This document shows positions 59,923 to 64,000 of a stretch of 64,000 nt of DNA, in pieces (positions within the stretch are counted from its first letter, which is position 1; every line of letters starts with the position of its first letter). The DNA is taken from the NCBI GenBank assembly GCA_963719315.1, contig CAVRBU010000001.1:544001-608000 (forward strand), in the 5' to 3' direction. The stretch comes from an uncultured Planctomycetota bacterium (GTDB lineage Bacteria > Planctomycetota > Planctomycetia > Pirellulales > Lacipirellulaceae). The notes below the pieces were generated by a model, which saw only the letters and a list, made by a program, of their open reading frames with translations, ran no database searches and was not told where the DNA came from. The position numbers and the translations under genes were made by a program.

Positions 59923-61533
59923 TCATTCTTCGCCGGCACTTTCAGTCAATAAGGCGAAGCGCACCAGTTCCGGCACGCTGCGGACGCGTAACTTTTTCAT
60001 CAAGCTGCTGCGGTGCTTTTCGATCGTCTTGATGCTCAGGCCAAGCTTGCGGGCCACGACCTTGTTGGCATCGCCCGCCACGACGAGTCGCATGACATCG
60101 TACTCGCGATCGGTTAGCGCTCGAAGTTTGTCGGAGGCTTTGGCTTGTTCCTCGGCGCGCTCTTCCCGCTTGCGGCGTTCCGTGACATCGCAGCCAACCG
60201 ATTGGAATTCGATCACATCGCCAGCGGAATTGAACAATGCGCGATGTGTCCAATGTTCCCACACCGTGCGTCCATCGGCCGCGATCGTGCGGTGCTCGTA
60301 CACGACGACCGGTTGATCGACGGTAACCGTCGCCAGCTTTTGTTGCAGCGCCTCTCGGTCTTCCTCGACGATCGACGACATGAAACTCGTGCCGATCAGT
60401 TCATCGGCCGTTGCCTGGCAATGGGTACAGTAAGACTCATTCGCGAAGGTTCGCACGCCGTCATCGCGCCAACGAATGATGAACTCCAGGTGGTCTTGAA
60501 TAACGGAAAGATAGCGTTCCTGGCTTTGGCGAAGCTGTTCATTCTTGGCGGTGAGTTCGGCGGTCCGTTCGCGCACGCGCCGTTCGAGCTCTTCGTGGGC
60601 CTTTCGCAAGGCCTCTTCCGCCTTGTGCCGTTGAGTAACGTCCTTGCCGATGCCCTCATTGGCGATCACTTTTCCATCGTGATCGCGGAGCGGAACGTCG
60701 CGGAATTCGAGCATGCGAATCTCGCCGTTGGCGTGAGGGATTGGAACGCAATACAACGGTGTTTCAATGCCGGCAAAACGCATTTGCTCCAAGCGCAACA
60801 GTTCCTCATAACCGGCGCCGCTCGTGTCCACGAACTCTCGCCAGTTTCGCCCGATCACCTGATCCGGCGTATACCCGAGAATGGTGTGCAACGATGGCGA
60901 AGCGTAGGTAATGACCCCGTCGGGGGCAGTCGCGAAAAACAAGTACTCGTCGCGCAACCCTTCGACCAATCGGCGATAGCGATCGCGGCTCTCGCGCAGC
61001 TCGCGCGTTTGCTTCTCGACGCGCTTTTCCAACGTGAGCGACAGGAAGTCGTAATCGAGCTCGATCTTGATCCGCTCGGTTACATCACGACATACATACA
61101 AAATGCTGCCGCTGGGGGAAGCCGTGCGCCGCACGCTGACCAGCAGGTCCCGTGATCGACCGACGGAGTCGCGGATCTGGCAGTTGATATTCGGGATCTC
61201 ACCACGCTGCTCCAGCAGGTCAAAATCAAATAATCCGGCAGGCAGGACGAAGCCGATTCGCCCTTGCTTGAGTATGTCGGCGGCAGCGTGCCCGAATATA
61301 AAGTGAGCATTCGGGGAGACGTAGGTCAGCCGACCGGCATCGTCAGCGATCAGCACCACATCGGAGACCACGCTCATTACGTCGCGGTGCAAGGCCTCAC
61401 TGTGTTGCAATGCCTTGGCCGCCACGCCGTGCTCGGACAGATGGTCGAGCTTGTCCTCCAGCTGCGCGACTTGTGCACGGAGGCGGCGGTTTTCTTCGGC
61501 GAGTTCGAGATTCGTTTTGCGATTGGGAGCCAT
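59923..61533 (-). CDS. Triple-PAS + LuxR-HTH one-component regulator
   Basis: Three PAS/PAC blocks ending RDVTER, KDVTQR, CDVTER; C-terminal LT.RE..V...V.G..NK.VA..L..S.KT.E.HR. Confidence 0.9.
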   Translation of the reverse strand: MAPNRKTNLELAEENRRLRAQVAQLEDKLDHLSEHGVAAKALQHSEALHRDVMSVVSDVVLIADDAGRLTYVSPNAHFIFGHAAADILKQGRIGFVLPAGLFDFDLLEQRGEIPNINCQIRDSVGRSRDLLVSVRRTASPSGSILYVCRDVTERIKIELDYDFLSLTLEKRVEKQTRELRESRDRYRRLVEGLRDEYLFFATAPDGVITYASPSLHTILGYTPDQVIGRNWREFVDTSGAGYEELLRLEQMRFAGIETPLYCVPIPHANGEIRMLEFRDVPLRDHDGKVIANEGIGKDVTQRHKAEEALRKAHEELERRVRERTAELTAKNEQLRQSQERYLSVIQDHLEFIIRWRDDGVRTFANESYCTHCQATADELIGTSFMSSIVEEDREALQQKLATVTVDQPVVVYEHRTIAADGRTVWEHWTHRALFNSAGDVIEFQSVGCDVTERRKREERAEEQAKASDKLRALTDREYDVMRLVVAGDANKVVARKLGLSIKTIEKHRSSLMKKLRVRSVPELVRFALLTESAGEE

Positions 61534-61566
61534 AGAACGGTTGCGGGTGCGTGAAAGAGGAGTGGC

Positions 61567-62560
61567 CTGCTCAGTAGAAAACGTCTGAATGCTAGCTAAA
61601 CATCGGTGTGTGTTGGTTCGTATGACGGTGGATGAAGACGAGCAAGAGTCCGAAGCGCGTGTTGGTCGAGGCACTGGCCGTGGCCCAGGCTTCGCTGCCG
61701 CGGTACTCGCATCGGTTCAGCCCACGGGTCTTCACGCAGCATCAACTGTTTGCCTGTCTGGTGCTCAAGGATTTTTACAACCTGACCTATCGGGGCACCG
61801 TTGGCCTGTTGGCGGACAGCGATTCGCTGTGCGAAGCGATCGGCCTGGAAAAGGTGCCCCACTTCACGACGCTGCAAAAGTCGGCCGATCGGTTGTTGGT
61901 GAAGAAGTCGTTTCAACGGCTGATCACGGCCACGGTCCAGCGGGCACGGAAGGCCAAGCTGCTCCGCCGCTCCGTGCGATTGGCAGCCATCGACACCAGC
62001 GGCTTCGAAGCGCGGCACACCAGTCGCTACTATGCCTGGCGTCGAAAAAAGGTGGGAAAACACGGACGAACGTGCGCCGTCTCCTATCGCCGCTACCCCA
62101 AGCTGGGCGTGGTCTGCGACACGACGAGTCATTTCTGCCTGGCGGCCCGGGCTAGCCAGGGACCGCGGCCCGACTTCGGCGATTTCCGCCCGCTCGTCGT
62201 CGAAGCGCAGGCTCGCACCGGAGTGAAGGCGGTCGCGGCGGACGCCGGCTTCGACAGCGAAGCCAACCACGTGTTGGCCCGCGACGAACTGGGGATTCAG
62301 TCCCTGATCCCCGCCGAGCACGGCCGACCGCCGGCCGGGGAACCCGTGGGCCGCTATCGAAAGCAGATGAAACGTCATTTGCACGAAAGTCGTTATGGAC
62401 AACGTTGGCAGGTGGAAACCGTCTACTCGATGATCAAACGTCTCTCGGGAGAAGTCGTCAACGCCCGCACCCACTGGCGCCGCTGCCGACTCCTGCTCCT
62501 CAAAACACTCACTCACAACATCTCGATTCTCAGACAACACCTAGGTTTTCTACTGAGCAG
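61567..62560 (+). mobile_element. IS5-like DDE insertion sequence, 994 bp, 7-bp target duplication
   Basis: Perfect 16-bp IRs CTGCTCAGTAGAAAAC / GTTTTCTACTGAGCAG; GAGTGGC at 61560-66 and 62561-67. Confidence 0.92.
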
Positions 62561-62582
62561 GAGTGGCCCAATTCAATTATAG
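61632..62582 (+). CDS. DDE_Tnp_1 (IS5/IS4-like) transposase
   Basis: PHFTTLQK, IDTSG, ADAGFDSE, Y.QRW.VET..S..KR; stop lies outside the element. Confidence 0.9.
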   Translation: MKTSKSPKRVLVEALAVAQASLPRYSHRFSPRVFTQHQLFACLVLKDFYNLTYRGTVGLLADSDSLCEAIGLEKVPHFTTLQKSADRLLVKKSFQRLITATVQRARKAKLLRRSVRLAAIDTSGFEARHTSRYYAWRRKKVGKHGRTCAVSYRRYPKLGVVCDTTSHFCLAARASQGPRPDFGDFRPLVVEAQARTGVKAVAADAGFDSEANHVLARDELGIQSLIPAEHGRPPAGEPVGRYRKQMKRHLHESRYGQRWQVETVYSMIKRLSGEVVNARTHWRRCRLLLLKTLTHNISILRQHLGFLLSRSGPIQL

Positions 62583-62633
62583 CCGACGGTGCCCGGCTTG
62601 CCGCGGCCCGACGTCGCGAAGGCAGATCGGCTT

Positions 62634-63230
62634 CTAACGATTGGCTAGTTGCTGGCCTTCGATCAAGGCGGCTGCGACGGCCGGGTCATTGCGGAGCGAC
62701 GAATATGGCCGGGGTTCGGGCGGATTCTTGGTTTCGGGCTGTAATGTCAGCTGCCACCAGCCGACGTCGACCCATGTGCCGTCCTTGCAACCGACACCTG
62801 GAAAAACGCCGGTTTGTTCGAATCCCATCCGCTCGTGAAGCGCGATGCTGGGCGGATTTGGCACGGAGATACCAGCAATCGCTTTGAAATACCCTTGGGC
62901 CCGCAGGATTGAAAACAAACTCGTGTAGAGAGCTCGTGCCAGGCCGCGCCGCTGTTCGTCGGGCGCGACGTAGACGGCCACTTCGGCCGTCCAGCGGTAC
63001 GCCGCCCGTTCGCGAAACCGGGTCGCGTAAACATAAGCGGCCACGCGGCCGTCGGCATCCGCCACGAGCCATGGATAGGCGTCGCCGATGCGGGCAATAC
63101 GCTCGGCCATTTCCTCGCGTGTGGGTACAACGATTTCAAACGATACTTTCGACGATTCACAATACGGCGCGTAGATTGCCAAAATGCCGTCCGCGTCGTC
63201 GATTCGCGCCGCACGGAATTCGATCGTCAT
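62634..63230 (-). CDS. GNAT N-acetyltransferase (phosphinothricin acetyltransferase/YncA-like)
   Basis: IYAPY....SFE..P, R.R.AY.WT.E..VY, PN..S..LHE..GF...G....G.K.G.W.DV. Confidence 0.88.
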   Translation of the reverse strand: MTIEFRAARIDDADGILAIYAPYCESSKVSFEIVVPTREEMAERIARIGDAYPWLVADADGRVAAYVYATRFRERAAYRWTAEVAVYVAPDEQRRGLARALYTSLFSILRAQGYFKAIAGISVPNPPSIALHERMGFEQTGVFPGVGCKDGTWVDVGWWQLTLQPETKNPPEPRPYSSLRNDPAVAAALIEGQQLANR

Positions 63231-63273
63231 ACGCTCAACCCATGGCATCGGAGCCGGTTTGCCGGCGAGGAAC

Positions 63274-64000
63274 TCACCACACTTCCACGCGGTCTGCCAG
63301 CGGACGAAACCAGTGATCGCCGGGTTTGACACCGAACGCGGAATAGAAAGCGTCCACGTTCGAGAGCGGCACGAGCGTTCGGAACTGGCCGGGCGAGTGA
63401 GGATTAGTGCGGATCATGAGCCGCAATTCTGCGTCGCGGATTGAGCCGCGCCAGACTTGGGCAAAGCCTATGAAAAACCGTTGCGGGCCGGTGAAACCGT
63501 CGATTACCGGCGCTTCGCGGCCATTTAGCGACTTCTGATAGGCGGCGTGTGCGATCGTAACGCCTCCCAGGTCGGCGATGTTCTCGCCCAGCGTGAGCCG
63601 GCCGTTCACGTGGAGATCATCGAGCACGACGCACGCATCGTATTGCTTGACGAGCCGATCCGTTTTGGCCGTGAAGCGTGCGCGATCGTCGTCGGCCCAC
63701 CAGTTGACCAGATTTCCTTGGGCATCGGATCGGCTGCCTTGGTCGTCGAAGCCGTGCGTGATTTCATGACCGATGACGGCGCCGATGCCACCGTAGTTCA
63801 CGGCGTCGTCGGCCGCCATATCGAAAAACGGGGGCTGCAAAATGCCGGCCGGGAAAACGATTTCGTTCATGGACGGATTGTAGTAGGCGTTGACGGTCGG
63901 CGGCGTCATATGCCATTCCAATCGATCTACAGGCTTGCCAAGTTTTGAGAGCTGATATTGCGTATCGAACTCCTCGGCCCGCAACACGTTCGCGGAATAG
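63274..64000 (-). CDS. M13 family metallopeptidase (PepO/neprilysin-like), 5'-truncated
   Basis: VNAYY, FPAGILQPPF, GHEITHGFDDQG, GENIADLGG. Confidence 0.95.
   Translation of the reverse strand, partial: YSANVLRAEEFDTQYQLSKLGKPVDRLEWHMTPPTVNAYYNPSMNEIVFPAGILQPPFFDMAADDAVNYGGIGAVIGHEITHGFDDQGSRSDAQGNLVNWWADDDRARFTAKTDRLVKQYDACVVLDDLHVNGRLTLGENIADLGGVTIAHAAYQKSLNGREAPVIDGFTGPQRFFIGFAQVWRGSIRDAELRLMIRTNPHSPGQFRTLVPLSNVDAFYSAFGVKPGDHWFRPLADRVEVW

Noticed and set aside
1..64000. tRNA, rRNA, CRISPR-Cas or prophage genes
   Set aside because: None recognised by eye; a tRNAscan/Infernal run would be needed to exclude small RNAs.

Overview
GC-rich bacterial chromosome segment, most likely from a planctomycete (Pirellulales-like), judging by DUF1559 prepilin genes, an ECF sigma + Ser/Thr-kinase-WD40 pair, PEP-CTERM proteins, a BBP2 porin and methanopterin (mptG) genes. 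Bases 1-17.6 kb are accessory: the end of atpC, secreted hypotheticals, the ECF/kinase pair, and a minus-strand ECF/FecR/3x PEP-CTERM/DUF1559/lipoprotein locus. The rest is mostly housekeeping (P-II, ftsY, nusB, ribH, rho, coaE, polA, dapA, pdxJ, mgtE, rnc), interspersed with four small toxin-antitoxin-like cassettes (three with a broken toxin-like gene) and three IS elements (IS110/IS1111, IS630, IS5-like). Two systems stand out. (1) A 1629-bp IS1111-type element sits exactly at the G-F-T-L prepilin cleavage motif of a DUF1559 gene. Its non-coding end carries candidate guides matching the Phe-Thr-Leu codons and its own end. It re-supplies P-L-H(-G) before FTL and leaves the host frame open, so the insertion could be removed as leader peptide. 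(2) A sigma-54 promoter is followed by four tandem covarying hairpins with a conserved UCCGCCU loop upstream of the P-II gene. Many single-base frameshifts look like long-read errors. All calls are by eye; no database searches were run.
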